From contig OZ244960.1 in assembly GCA_965222605.1 (NCBI GenBank), positions 1,376,001 to 1,440,000 on the forward strand: a stretch of 64,000 nt of DNA. The letters are read 5' to 3'. The notes under the pieces were generated by a model, which saw only the letters and a list, made by a program, of their open reading frames with translations, searched no databases and was not told the DNA's origin. Both the position numbers and the translations under genes were made by a program. Positions 37,131-47,051 of the stretch are shown piece by piece. Source of the DNA: Candidatus Latescibacterota bacterium. GTDB lineage: Bacteria > Latescibacterota > UBA2968. The stretch's first letter is position 1; each line of letters starts with the position of its first letter.

Positions 37131-38139
37131 GTGAGGTGTATTCAGGATTGACGGCCTTGAATCCAATACCAGCCTCTTCCGCTTTGTATTCGAGACAGTG
37201 CCGAAACAGTGACCATGCTACGTCTGCTATTGATTTAGACAATCGCCTGTTCTTTTGCATCTTTTTAACTTTCAATTTCTCGACGGCTATGAAGCTGTGA
37301 CGAGTGACCATTTTTCTTGATTCTTGATGGGCAAAGTTATGTCGCTTATTACGGATACGCTCATGCACTCTGGCAATGACTTTACGACGCTTTTCTCTTA
37401 CGGCGTCGGTCTTAGGTCTTTTTTTTACCGCGTCCCATTTGCGCTGTGCTTTGGCAAGCGTTTTTTGCTCTTTTCTAAAGAATCGCTGGTTGGCTATCTT
37501 CTGTCCGTCACTGGTTACAGCAAAGGAATTGAGACCCACGTCAATGCCAACGGCAGAGCCAGCGTCTGCTTTCTTACTTATGTCGCCTATATCGCAAGAG
37601 ATAGTAGCGAACCACTTGCCCGTGGCTGTGCGCGTGACGGTGCAAGACTTAGGCATACCCTCAAGTGGCCTGTGCTGGACAATGCGAATACAGCCTATTT
37701 TGCCTAATCGCAAGCCCTTATCGTCCAATCGGCATCCATTGGAAAACTGAGGATAGGTGATAGAATCATAGCGATTTTGATCCTTGTATCTGGGAAAGCC
37801 AGCTTTCTCGCCCGTCTTTGCACGCTCTTTGAGACGACGAAAGAATGCTTTGAATGCCAGATCAACTCTTGTTGATACTTGTTGCAATACCTGACTATAT
37901 ACTTGCTTGAATGCAAGACGCTGTTGCTTCATCAATGGTATGGTTTTGGTCTGTTCATAACGAGACAAACTTTCTTTATTCTTTTGCCATGCTTGGACTC
38001 TCGCACAGACAAGCTGGTTATATAGCAAGCGACATTCTTCAATATGTGCCAGCAAGATTTTCTCTTGCTTTTTCGTTGGTCGCAGTCTGTATTTGAAGGA
38101 CTTAAGCATAATAAAAATATATACTTATGAGCGTATTTT
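36944..38139 (-). mobile_element. IS200/IS605 family, TnpB-only (IS1341-like) element, ~1.2 kb
   Basis: Right end on - strand: GAAGCCCAACTGCTCTATCGTTGGGAGTAGTCAC (hairpin + TCAC). Left boundary inferred just after TTGAC (38144-38140). No tnpA, no target duplication. Confidence 0.8.
36985..38109 (-). CDS. tnpB: RNA-guided endonuclease TnpB
   Basis: FKYRLRPT HTH, GFPRYK, RuvC-I GIDVG, RuvC-II VEKL, TSQDCSAC/CKAC Zn finger, RuvC-III DRDLNAAINI; catalytic D-E-D intact. Confidence 0.96.
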   Translation of the reverse strand: MLKSFKYRLRPTKKQEKILLAHIEECRLLYNQLVCARVQAWQKNKESLSRYEQTKTIPLMKQQRLAFKQVYSQVLQQVSTRVDLAFKAFFRRLKERAKTGEKAGFPRYKDQNRYDSITYPQFSNGCRLDDKGLRLGKIGCIRIVQHRPLEGMPKSCTVTRTATGKWFATISCDIGDISKKADAGSAVGIDVGLNSFAVTSDGQKIANQRFFRKEQKTLAKAQRKWDAVKKRPKTDAVREKRRKVIARVHERIRNKRHNFAHQESRKMVTRHSFIAVEKLKVKKMQKNRRLSKSIADVAWSLFRHCLEYKAEEAGIGFKAVNPEYTSQDCSACGHREKKALSQRVHNCKACGYTADRDLNAAINILTLGLQRQAT

Positions 38140-38144
38140 GTCAA
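38116..38144 (-). promoter_or_regulatory. Hybrid sigma70 promoter of tnpB (TAM as -35), probably leaderless
   Basis: - strand TTGACA-17 nt-TATATT-6 nt-ATG; no Shine-Dalgarno. Confidence 0.6.
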
Positions 38145-38194
38145 GCTATTTTTCGTAGAATTAACGGATGAATCACAATGATGAAGTGCTGGCG

Positions 38195-38335
38195 CAGTTG
38201 TACACCGCTCCACCGCCCATATCGCCTTGAGCGATATGCCCAATGCTAAAGCACCACACCATAAGCATGTCCCTGCGAAAGCAGGGAGCCAGAAGCCCTT
38301 CGCCATGCGACCCACACCTGAAGGATGTGGGTCTT
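38195..38335. repeat. Cluster of REP-like palindromes
   Basis: 19-mer shared with 5233; CATATCGC-cttga-GCGATATG; TCCCTGC-gaaa-GCAGGGA-GCCAG; GACCCACA-cctgaagga-TGTGGGTC. Confidence 0.65.
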
Positions 38336-38377
38336 ACGGGCTGTTTGATAAGACGTGAAACGTGAGAGGATTTTTTT

Positions 38378-38632
38378 ATGCTCGAAGAAAAATCAGAGAT
38401 TGAGTATCCGTGTTTATGGAATTTTAAGATCATTGGCCGCGAAGAAAAACACATGCGCAGGGCAATTGCCGAAATTGTGGGCGACGGCGATTATACCCTG
38501 ACCTTTTCAAATCAAAGCAGGCACGGAAAGTATCGCAGCTTAAACCTGGATATGGTCGTCCTCGACGAATCCCACCGCCTCAATATCTTTGAGGCACTCA
38601 GACACCATAGCAGTATTCAAATTGTGCTGTAA
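38378..38632 (+). CDS. DUF493/YbeD family protein
   Basis: IEYPCLWNFKIIG, SRHGKYRS, final IVL. Confidence 0.85.
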   Translation: MLEEKSEIEYPCLWNFKIIGREEKHMRRAIAEIVGDGDYTLTFSNQSRHGKYRSLNLDMVVLDESHRLNIFEALRHHSSIQIVL

Positions 38633-38657
38633 ATCCGCTATTTCTTCCTATTTTATC

Positions 38658-38686
38658 TTGACAATCCACCCTATTTCTTGCACTAT
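38658..38686 (+). promoter_or_regulatory. Putative sigma70 promoter of oad operon
   Basis: TTGACA-17 nt-CACTAT. Confidence 0.5.
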
Positions 38687-38792
38687 TTACAGCTTGCAAT
38701 CTTTGCTTATTACGGTGCTGTTGTAGTGGAATTAAACAACCACTACGATTGAGGAAAAGCCCTCACACGTTGGGACTTCTGTGTGGTAACCT

Positions 38793-39068
38793 ATGTACAA
38801 TTTTAACTTTAACGTGCAAAATATTGAAGATGGTCAGGGCTTGGGCATTGCGCTGACCGGAATGATCATTGTATTCTGCGTTTTGACATTGATCAGCGTA
38901 TTTATTGTATTATTGCCCAAAATATTAGCTGTTGTAGCAAAGAAATTTCCCGAATCTGCAGGACATCATGGTATGCCTGTACAGGATGAAGACGACGGCT
39001 CTGCACTGGCCGCAATCGGTTTTGTCATGCACATGAGGCGCAGTACCGAAATCAAACAGAAAGTTTAG
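38793..39068 (+). CDS. oadG: Na+-translocating decarboxylase gamma subunit
   Basis: Single TM ALTGMIIVFCVL, then AAI motif; directly upstream of the beta subunit. Confidence 0.85.
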   Translation: MYNFNFNVQNIEDGQGLGIALTGMIIVFCVLTLISVFIVLLPKILAVVAKKFPESAGHHGMPVQDEDDGSALAAIGFVMHMRRSTEIKQKV

Positions 39069-39088
39069 AACAGTTTCCCAGGTATTTG

Positions 39089-40216
39089 ATGGATATATTT
39101 TACGATTTTTTGAATACGACTGGATTTGCCAACTTGAGTTGGGGCAATGTCATTATGATCGCGATCGGCATTGTGTTTATCCACCTGGCGATCACCAGAG
39201 ATTACGAACCCCTGTTGTTGCTGCCAATTGGTTTTGGCATGATCGTGGGAAATATCCCTGCTATTCCGAGCATGGCCCTCGGCGTTTACGATGAGGGCAG
39301 TGTCTTGCGCTATATTTACTTCGGCGTGACATCGGGCCTGTTCCCGCCGCTAATCTTTTTGGGAATTGGCGCAATGACCGATTTCTCAACGCTACTATCC
39401 AATCCCAAACTGGTATTGTTAGGTGCTGCGGCGCAAATGGGAATATTCCTGACCCTGATCGGTGCGCTATATTTGGGCTTTTCACCTGCAGAATCCGGAG
39501 CCATTGGGATCATTGGTGGGGCTGATGGACCGACGGCAATTTTCTTATCGGCCAAATTGGCTCCTCATCTTTTGGGAGCCATCGCCATTGCCGCGTATTC
39601 GTACATGGCACTCGTGCCAGTGATTCAGCCGCCGATTATGAAGCTATTGACCTCAAAACGCGAGCGACTGATTCGCATGCCCGAACCGCGCAAACCCTCC
39701 AAGCGCGAACGCATCATTTTTCCTATAGCTGGCTTCTTAATTGCAACCTTAATTGCACCGGGCGCATTGACCCTACTGGGCATGTTATTTTTTGGCAACT
39801 TGTTAAAAGAGAGCATGGTCACAGACCGATTGGCAGAGTCCGCACGCACGGCAATGGTCGATATCGTGACAATCTTGCTCGGTTTCTCCGTGGGCGCCAG
39901 CACAGAGGCACAGACATTTTTGACCCCTGATTCGCTTTTGATTTTTGGCCTGGGCGCGCTATCTTTTGCAGTGGCTACGGCAAGTGGCGTCCTATTTGCA
40001 AAATTGATGAATCTGTTGACAAAAGAAAAAATTAATCCCCTAATAGGTGCCGCAGGCGTATCGGCAGTACCCGATTCTGCGCGCGTCGTGCAGATGGTGG
40101 GGCAACAAGAAGATGCACATAATTTTTTGTTAATGCACGCCATGGCACCCAATGTGGCCGGCGTGATCGGCTCAGCTGTTGCCGCGGGAATTTTGTGGTC
40201 GGTGCTGGTTCATTAA
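39089..40216 (+). CDS. oadB: Na+-translocating decarboxylase beta subunit
   Basis: YEPLLLLPIGFG, GAMTDF, IGIIGGADGPTAI, AYSYMALVP, GAAGVSAVP, NVAGVIGSA. Confidence 0.95.
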   Translation: MDIFYDFLNTTGFANLSWGNVIMIAIGIVFIHLAITRDYEPLLLLPIGFGMIVGNIPAIPSMALGVYDEGSVLRYIYFGVTSGLFPPLIFLGIGAMTDFSTLLSNPKLVLLGAAAQMGIFLTLIGALYLGFSPAESGAIGIIGGADGPTAIFLSAKLAPHLLGAIAIAAYSYMALVPVIQPPIMKLLTSKRERLIRMPEPRKPSKRERIIFPIAGFLIATLIAPGALTLLGMLFFGNLLKESMVTDRLAESARTAMVDIVTILLGFSVGASTEAQTFLTPDSLLIFGLGALSFAVATASGVLFAKLMNLLTKEKINPLIGAAGVSAVPDSARVVQMVGQQEDAHNFLLMHAMAPNVAGVIGSAVAAGILWSVLVH

Positions 40217-40244
40217 GTTCAGCATTTGTTGAAGGATTATAAAT

Positions 40245-42035
40245 ATGGCAAAGAAAAAAGTAATATTTATGTGTACGGCATTTCGCGATGGTTTTCAGTC
40301 GGTTTATGGGGCGCGGGTGTTCACATCCGATTTTTTACCTGCGGTAGAAGCCGCACGCGAAGCCGGGATTGATTATTATGAAGCCGGTGGTGGGGCGCGG
40401 TTTCAGTCCCTGTACTTCTATTGCAATGAAGATGCGTTTGCAATGACCGATGCGTTTCGCGAAGCCGCAGGACCAGACGCCAATTTGCAGACCCTGGCGC
40501 GCGGGGTGAATGTGGTGGGGCTGGAATCGCAGTCGAGCGACATCATCAAGCTACACGCCGAATTGTTCAAAAAACACGGCATTACGACCATTCGCAATTT
40601 TGATGCCCTCAACGATGTCAACAATTTGATCTACAGCGGGCAGTGCATCGCAGATGCGGGATTGCACCATCAAGTATGTGTGACCTTGATGGAATTGCCC
40701 CCCGGCTGCACAGGCGCACACGATGCGGATTTTTATGAACAAACACTCCGCGAAATTTTAGATGCCGATATTCCATATCACTCAGTGTGTTTCAAAGATG
40801 CCTCGGGTACGGCTGTGCCTGCAAAAGTGTATGAGACCATTAGACGGGCGCGCCAACTGCTGCCCGACGGCACATTTATCCACTTTCACACCCATGAAAC
40901 GGCCGGGATCAGCGTACATGCCAATCTGGCTGCGCTGGAAGCGGGAGCCGATGCCATTGACCTATCGCTGGCACCGTGTTCAGGGGGCACATGCCAGCCC
41001 GATATCCTGGTCATGTGGCACGCACTTCGCGGCACAAAATACGATCTGGATATCGATATAGAGAAAGTCCGCGACGCCGAGGAAGTGTTTAAGGAATGCA
41101 TGGCGGATTACTTTTTGCCACCAGAAGCCACAGCGGTCGAACCCATGATTCTCTGGAGTCCAATGCCGGGCGGCGCGCTCACGGCCAATACGCAGATGTT
41201 GCGCGACAATGGCATTATGGACAAATATCCCGACATGATCAAAGCCATGGGCGACGTAGTGGCGCGGGGTGGTTTTGGAACATCAGTCACGCCCGTATCG
41301 CAATTCTATTTTCAGCAGGCATTTAACAATGTGATGTTTGGCCCGTGGGAAAAAATCGCCGAACCTTATGGGCAGATGGTACTCGGTTATTTTGGCAAAA
41401 CCCCGGTGCCGCCCGATCCCGAAATTGTGAAAATCGCGTCAAATCAACTGGGACTTGAACCCACAGACCAGCCGCCTTTGGAACGCAATGATGCCGATCC
41501 CGAAAAAGGAAGAGATGCTGCGAAGAAACTGTTGGACGCCGAGGGGATTGAGGCGACGGATGAGCACATCTTTATCGTAGCGACGTGCGGCGATAAGGGA
41601 ATGGACTTTTTGAAAGGCAATGCCGAAATCGGCGTACGAAAAATTGAAAAGCAGAATGAGGCACCCGTGCCAGTTACCGACGGTGCAGCAGAATATAAGC
41701 TACAGGTCAATGGCAAATCCGTACGCGTGCAAATTGACGGCAATATCGCCACCGTAAATGGCACAGCTTATACAGTAGATATAGAAGATGCGGTACCTGC
41801 ACAGGCGTCAACACCTGCCAATGCCGAACCCGTAAGCGCGCAAATGCCCGGAAAAGTCATTCGGATTTTAAAACACGCAGGGGATCACGTCCAGGCGGGC
41901 GAAGCGATTCTCATTCTGGAAGCAATGAAAATGGAAGTCCAGATCACCTCTCCAAATGCGGGCACAGTCGGCGAAATGCCCGTCAACGTCGGCGATCAAG
42001 TATCCAATGGACAGACGCTTGCGATGGTGGGGTAA
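40245..42035 (+). CDS. oadA: Oxaloacetate decarboxylase alpha / pyruvate carboxylase B-type carboxyltransferase with biotinyl domain
   Basis: RDGFQS, GGGARF, FDALND, KDASG, HTH, MPGG, VTPVSQ, EAMKM. Confidence 0.9.
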   Translation: MAKKKVIFMCTAFRDGFQSVYGARVFTSDFLPAVEAAREAGIDYYEAGGGARFQSLYFYCNEDAFAMTDAFREAAGPDANLQTLARGVNVVGLESQSSDIIKLHAELFKKHGITTIRNFDALNDVNNLIYSGQCIADAGLHHQVCVTLMELPPGCTGAHDADFYEQTLREILDADIPYHSVCFKDASGTAVPAKVYETIRRARQLLPDGTFIHFHTHETAGISVHANLAALEAGADAIDLSLAPCSGGTCQPDILVMWHALRGTKYDLDIDIEKVRDAEEVFKECMADYFLPPEATAVEPMILWSPMPGGALTANTQMLRDNGIMDKYPDMIKAMGDVVARGGFGTSVTPVSQFYFQQAFNNVMFGPWEKIAEPYGQMVLGYFGKTPVPPDPEIVKIASNQLGLEPTDQPPLERNDADPEKGRDAAKKLLDAEGIEATDEHIFIVATCGDKGMDFLKGNAEIGVRKIEKQNEAPVPVTDGAAEYKLQVNGKSVRVQIDGNIATVNGTAYTVDIEDAVPAQASTPANAEPVSAQMPGKVIRILKHAGDHVQAGEAILILEAMKMEVQITSPNAGTVGEMPVNVGDQVSNGQTLAMVG

Positions 42036-42045
42036 AACGCCCCCC

Positions 42046-42789
42046 TTAAATCGCCGCAACATCGCCTGCCCAAATCTCGCTCACCCGACCGTCTGACCCG
42101 CGCAACAAAAGCTGACCACAGTCGCCAAATCCCATGAGAACACCCGTTTTCATATCATCGCCTTCGCCAACCGAAATCTCCTCACCAATATAAACACAGC
42201 GATGCTCCCATGCTGTGCGGAGTGCTGGAAATCCCTCGTTTTCCCAGCGATCAATCCAGGGAGCAATGCCTGAGAGGATTCGCACGAGCACTTGTTCGAG
42301 ATCGTACTCGTGTCCCGTTTCAAGACGCATAGAAGTAACGGGACGGTCAATAAGAGCCGCAGTCGTCGCATCCATATTCACGTTGAGACCAATACCAATA
42401 ACAATTGCCGTACCATCGGGTTGTTTTTGGTCGCTGCGCTCGAGGAGCATGCCGCAAATTTTGGCGCGGTCAATCAACACATCATTGGGCCACTTGGTGC
42501 GCGTACTTATCCCATAAGTTTTCAGTGCATCGGATACACCCAGCGCAATGGCAATGGGAAGGGAAGCCAATTGGGGAAACGCGACTTTTGTGATAAGAAG
42601 AAAGGAAAAAGTGAGATTCTCATTGGCTCGTGCGATCCATTCACGCTGGTAACGCCCTCGTCCAGCGGTTTGCTCCCGCGCAGCGAGGACAAAGCCAGAG
42701 GAAAGCCTCTCACCTCGGGATAGACGTTGAAGAAGGTGCGTATTGGTCGAAGCGAGTTGGTCGTGCCATTCAGGCGTTAGAAAATTCAT
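42046..42789 (-). CDS. birA: Biotin--protein ligase (no HTH domain)
   Basis: STN, QTAGRGR, KWPNDV, KICGML, GIGLNV, AGDV. Confidence 0.93.
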   Translation of the reverse strand: MNFLTPEWHDQLASTNTHLLQRLSRGERLSSGFVLAAREQTAGRGRYQREWIARANENLTFSFLLITKVAFPQLASLPIAIALGVSDALKTYGISTRTKWPNDVLIDRAKICGMLLERSDQKQPDGTAIVIGIGLNVNMDATTAALIDRPVTSMRLETGHEYDLEQVLVRILSGIAPWIDRWENEGFPALRTAWEHRCVYIGEEISVGEGDDMKTGVLMGFGDCGQLLLRGSDGRVSEIWAGDVAAI

Positions 42790-42902
42790 AGGAATTGGAT
42801 GCATAAATAAATGTGATAAAATCTGACCCGTGCGCTCAGGTATTATCACATTTTTTTCGTTTGTCTCATAAGGGGTAAACACAGGTCTGCCTGTTTGCCC
42901 GC

Positions 42903-42931
42903 TTGACAATAGAATGGGAATGACACATACT
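42903..42931 (+). promoter_or_regulatory. Sigma70 promoter of yej operon
   Basis: TTGACA-17 nt-CATACT. Confidence 0.6.
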
Positions 42932-43025
42932 TCACAAGGGCAGACGTAGAGCAGCGTATAGGCGCGCCTGTGTGTCTGCCCATCGCCGTATCTGCCTTAC
43001 ACATTTTAACAATTGGAGCCTGCTT

Positions 43026-44858
43026 ATGAAAACAGTTTTGTTCGCGCTGGTATTGAGTTTGTTGGTTGTCGCAATGCCATTGGCAGATCAGCCCAATTAT
43101 AAGGGCCATGCAATTTCGATGTATGGCGACATGAAATATGGGTCTGATTTCACACACTTTGATTATGCCAACCCCAACGCACCCAAGGGTGGTACCGTGA
43201 AAATGAGTGCCAGTGGCACCTATGATTCCCTGAATCAATTCATCCTAAAAGGTGTGTCGGCTTATGGCCTGGGGTTGATTTACGATTCATTGACAGAGCG
43301 CTCGCTGGACGAACCTTTTTCCGAATACGGTTTGCTCGCAGAGTCGATAGAAGTGCCACCGGATCGTTCATGGGCACTCTTCACTCTGCGCTCTGGGGCG
43401 CGATGGCACGACGGCAAACCCATTACCCCGGAAGATGTCGCTTTTACTTTTCAAACGCTTCAGACCAAAGGTAGCCCCAGATATCGCAATTATTATGCGG
43501 ATGTCAAACAGGTTGAAAAGGTTGGCGAACGGCAAGTAAAGTTCACATTTGGAGGAAAAGACAATCGGGAATTGCCCCTCATTGTCGGGCAGATGTTGAT
43601 TTTGCCCAAACACTATTGGAAAGGCAAAAATTTTGAAAAAACAACACTGGAATCGCCGCTCGGCAGCGGACCTTACAAAATTGAAGCACTCGATCCCGGG
43701 CGTTCAATCACGTATCGGCACGTCGAAAATTATTGGGGCGCGGATTTGCCCGTGAACAAAGGACGTTATAATCCAGACGTAATTCACTACGATTATTACA
43801 AAGACAGAACCGTTGCAACCGAAGCGCAAAAAGGCGGCGAATTTGATTTTGCCTTGCAAAACATCTCCAAGTCGTGGGCAACCGCTTACAATATTCCGGC
43901 TGTGGCCGAAGGCAAATTAATTAAGGAATTAATCCCCCACGAAAATGGCACCGGGATGCAGGGATTCTGGTTTAACACCCGACGTAGCAAATTTGCCGAT
44001 CCCAAAGTGCGACACGCGCTGGCTTATGCATTTGATTTTGAATGGACCAATACCAATCTGTTTTACGGACAATACACGCGTTCAACGAGTTATTTTTCCA
44101 ATACGGAACTCGTCTCGTCGGGATTGCCCCAGGGACAGGAACTCGAAATTTTGGAAGCATTTCGCGGACAAGTGCCCGAGGAAGTATTTACCACAGAATA
44201 CAAACCGCCCACAACAGATGGGTCGGGCAACATTCGCCAGAATTTGCGCGTGGCCGCACGGATGTTGAAAGCAGCCGGGTGGTCGATAAAAGATGGAAAG
44301 CTCACCAGCGATGCATCGGGCGAAACCCTGGTGATTGAGTTTCTGATCAACAATTCGCCTTCATGGGAGCGCATTGTAGGGCCGTATATTCAAAATTTGG
44401 AACGTTTAGGTGTCGTGGGCAATATTCAAATTGTGGATACATCGCAATATCAAAATCGCATTCGAGAATACGATTTTGATGTCATCGTATCCTCCAGGGG
44501 ACAGTCGCTAAGCCCCGGCAATGAACAGCGCTATTATTGGACATCGGCAGCTGCGGATGAATCCGGAACGAGAAATTATGCGGGCATTAAAGACCCCGTC
44601 GTGGATGCGCTGGTAGATCAGCTAATCAACGCGCCCGACAGAAAAACCCTCGTGGCGACCACCCGAGCATTGGATCGCGTCCTCCTGTGGGGTCATTACG
44701 TGGTGCCGCACTGGCATATCCGCGCACACCGCGTGGTATATTGGAACAAATTTGGCAAACCCGATATTTCGCCCAAGTACCTGGCGTCACTCTGGCTGTA
44801 TTTTCCCGATACGTGGTGGGTTGATGCTGCAAAAGAAGCAGCATTAAAGAAAAATTAA
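43026..44858 (+). CDS. yejA: ABC transporter substrate-binding protein YejA
   Basis: Signal peptide; [43 protein letters not shown]. Confidence 0.92.
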   Translation: MKTVLFALVLSLLVVAMPLADQPNYKGHAISMYGDMKYGSDFTHFDYANPNAPKGGTVKMSASGTYDSLNQFILKGVSAYGLGLIYDSLTERSLDEPFSEYGLLAESIEVPPDRSWALFTLRSGARWHDGKPITPEDVAFTFQTLQTKGSPRYRNYYADVKQVEKVGERQVKFTFGGKDNRELPLIVGQMLILPKHYWKGKNFEKTTLESPLGSGPYKIEALDPGRSITYRHVENYWGADLPVNKGRYNPDVIHYDYYKDRTVATEAQKGGEFDFALQNISKSWATAYNIPAVAEGKLIKELIPHENGTGMQGFWFNTRRSKFADPKVRHALAYAFDFEWTNTNLFYGQYTRSTSYFSNTELVSSGLPQGQELEILEAFRGQVPEEVFTTEYKPPTTDGSGNIRQNLRVAARMLKAAGWSIKDGKLTSDASGETLVIEFLINNSPSWERIVGPYIQNLERLGVVGNIQIVDTSQYQNRIREYDFDVIVSSRGQSLSPGNEQRYYWTSAAADESGTRNYAGIKDPVVDALVDQLINAPDRKTLVATTRALDRVLLWGHYVVPHWHIRAHRVVYWNKFGKPDISPKYLASLWLYFPDTWWVDAAKEAALKKN

Positions 44859-44863
44859 GTGTC

Positions 44864-45970
44864 ATGGGATCCTATCTTTTCAGACGCTTTTTGCTATTTT
44901 TTCCAACCCTGCTCGGCGTAATGGTGATCAATTTTCTGATCATTCAAGCCGCACCCGGTGGGCCTGTTGAGCAAACCATTGCGCAGATACAGGGACACGA
45001 TGTGGATGCGTCTGCCCGCGTGGGCGGCGATGGAGGAGAAATATCATCCACTCAAGCCCAGCGACAGCGCAGTGAGGGATCAACGGGCAAATACCGCGGC
45101 GCGCAAGGGCTTGACCCCCAACTGATCGCGGAATTGGAGCGGATGTATGGCTTTGACAAACCGGCTCATGAACGCTTCTATCAGATGACATTACGCTATT
45201 TGCAATTCGATTTTGGCGAAAGTTTTTATCGCGATCAAACCGTCGTCGATATCGTCCTGGACAAAATGCCCGTGTCCATTTCCCTCGGTTTGTGGACGAC
45301 ATTGCTGGTTTACCTGATCTCCATTCCACTGGGTGTGACCAAAGCCGTGCGTGACGGATCCAAATTCGACGTATGGACATCGGGCGTGATCGTCATAGGC
45401 AATGCCGTGCCGGGATTTATGTTTGCAATCTTCTTAATCGTGTTATTTGCCGGTGGCAGTTATTTCGACTTTTTTCCATTGCGGGGATTGACCTCCCCCG
45501 AATGGGATCAGTTTGGCCTATTTCACAAAATCACCGATTATTTCTGGCACCTCGCACTGCCCATCGCATCCATGGTAATTGGTGGATTCGCCGGATTGAC
45601 CCTCTTGACCAAAAATTCGTTTTTGGATGAAATCAACAAACAATACGTCATGACGGCGCGGGCAAAGGGACTGGAAGAGCGTCGCGTATTGTACGGACAC
45701 GTTTTTCGCAATGCCATGCTAATTGTGATCGCGGGATTCCCGAGTGCATTTGTCAATATCTTGTTCACCGGTTCGCTATTGACCGAGATAATCTTTTCAC
45801 TCGATGGATTGGGCCTCCTGGGCTATGAAGCCACGGTCAACCGCGATTACCCGGTCATGTTTGCCACGCTTTACTTTTTTACCTTGCTGGGATTGGTAAT
45901 GCAATTGGTAAGCGACTTGACTTATACATTGGTAGATCCGAGGATTGACTTTGAAAGCAGAGAAGTATAG
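44864..45970 (+). CDS. yejB: ABC transporter permease YejB
   Basis: [47 protein letters not shown]. Confidence 0.93.
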   Translation: MGSYLFRRFLLFFPTLLGVMVINFLIIQAAPGGPVEQTIAQIQGHDVDASARVGGDGGEISSTQAQRQRSEGSTGKYRGAQGLDPQLIAELERMYGFDKPAHERFYQMTLRYLQFDFGESFYRDQTVVDIVLDKMPVSISLGLWTTLLVYLISIPLGVTKAVRDGSKFDVWTSGVIVIGNAVPGFMFAIFLIVLFAGGSYFDFFPLRGLTSPEWDQFGLFHKITDYFWHLALPIASMVIGGFAGLTLLTKNSFLDEINKQYVMTARAKGLEERRVLYGHVFRNAMLIVIAGFPSAFVNILFTGSLLTEIIFSLDGLGLLGYEATVNRDYPVMFATLYFFTLLGLVMQLVSDLTYTLVDPRIDFESREV

Positions 45971-47051
45971 CACTCACACCGAGCGCGAAGATCGATTTTG
46001 GGGTTTTCGGATATCGAGACTCACGCGCCGGCGCCTGGACAATTTTAAGGCAAATCGACGTGGCTATTACAGCCTGTGGTTTTTTCTCGTCCTGTTCGGA
46101 TTGTGCTTGCCAGCAGAATTTATCGCCAATGACAAACCCCTTTTGGTTCGGCACAAGGGGGTATTTTATTTTCCAGTATTAAAAGCCTATCCCGAAACGC
46201 TTTTTGGCGGCGATTTTGAAACCGAAGCCGAGTACCGCGATCCATTTGTGAAAGAATTAATTGAAAAGGACGGATGGATCGTCTGGCCCCCGGTCCCGTT
46301 TCGTTACGATACAATCAACTACGACCTCAAGCATCCAGCCCCTGCACCGCCTTCTACACAAAACTATCTGGGCACCGATGATCAGGCACGCGATGTAACC
46401 GCGCGATTGCTTTACGGATTTCGGTTATCGGTCTTATTTGCCCTCGCGCTCACAGTATTCAGTTCTGTGGTAGGCATTGCAGCCGGCGCAGTGCAAGGTT
46501 ATTTGGGAGGATGGGTCGATCTCATTTTTCAAAGATTCATCGAAATTTGGGGCGGATTACCCACCCTGTTTATCATCATCATTATCGCCAGCATTATTGA
46601 GCCAACTTTCTGGACTCTCTTGATCATTATGTTACTATTTTCATGGATGCGCCTGGTCGGCGTCGTACGCGCCGAGTTTTTGCGAGCACGCAATTTTGAT
46701 TTTGTACGCGCCGCACGCGCTTTAGGTGTCAATGATTTGACAATTATGTGGCGGCACGTTTTGCCCAATGCCATGGTGGCAACCCTGACCTTCTTGCCCT
46801 TTGTGCTGGTGGGGTCTGTCACCGTATTGACCTCGCTGGACTTTCTGGGCTTTGGCCTTCCGCCACCTTCTCCCTCGCTGGGAGAATTGCTCAATCAGGG
46901 CAAGCGCAATTTGCAGGCACCGTGGCTGGGTTTGTCGGGGTTTTTTGTTCTGGCAATTATGTTGTCGCTACTCGTATTTATCGGCGAGGCCGTGCGCGAT
47001 GCGTTTGATGTGCACAAGACCTTGTCGCAAACGGAGGGCAAGAGCGCGTGA
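45945..47051 (+). CDS. yejE: ABC transporter permease YejE (start uncertain)
   Basis: [50 protein letters not shown]. Confidence 0.93.
   Translation: MTLKAEKYSTHTEREDRFWGFRISRLTRRRLDNFKANRRGYYSLWFFLVLFGLCLPAEFIANDKPLLVRHKGVFYFPVLKAYPETLFGGDFETEAEYRDPFVKELIEKDGWIVWPPVPFRYDTINYDLKHPAPAPPSTQNYLGTDDQARDVTARLLYGFRLSVLFALALTVFSSVVGIAAGAVQGYLGGWVDLIFQRFIEIWGGLPTLFIIIIIASIIEPTFWTLLIIMLLFSWMRLVGVVRAEFLRARNFDFVRAARALGVNDLTIMWRHVLPNAMVATLTFLPFVLVGSVTVLTSLDFLGFGLPPPSPSLGELLNQGKRNLQAPWLGLSGFFVLAIMLSLLVFIGEAVRDAFDVHKTLSQTEGKSA

Noticed and set aside
38195-38340. CRISPR array or Cas12f/TnpB-associated repeats
   Set aside because: The hairpins differ in sequence; there are no direct repeats with spacers.
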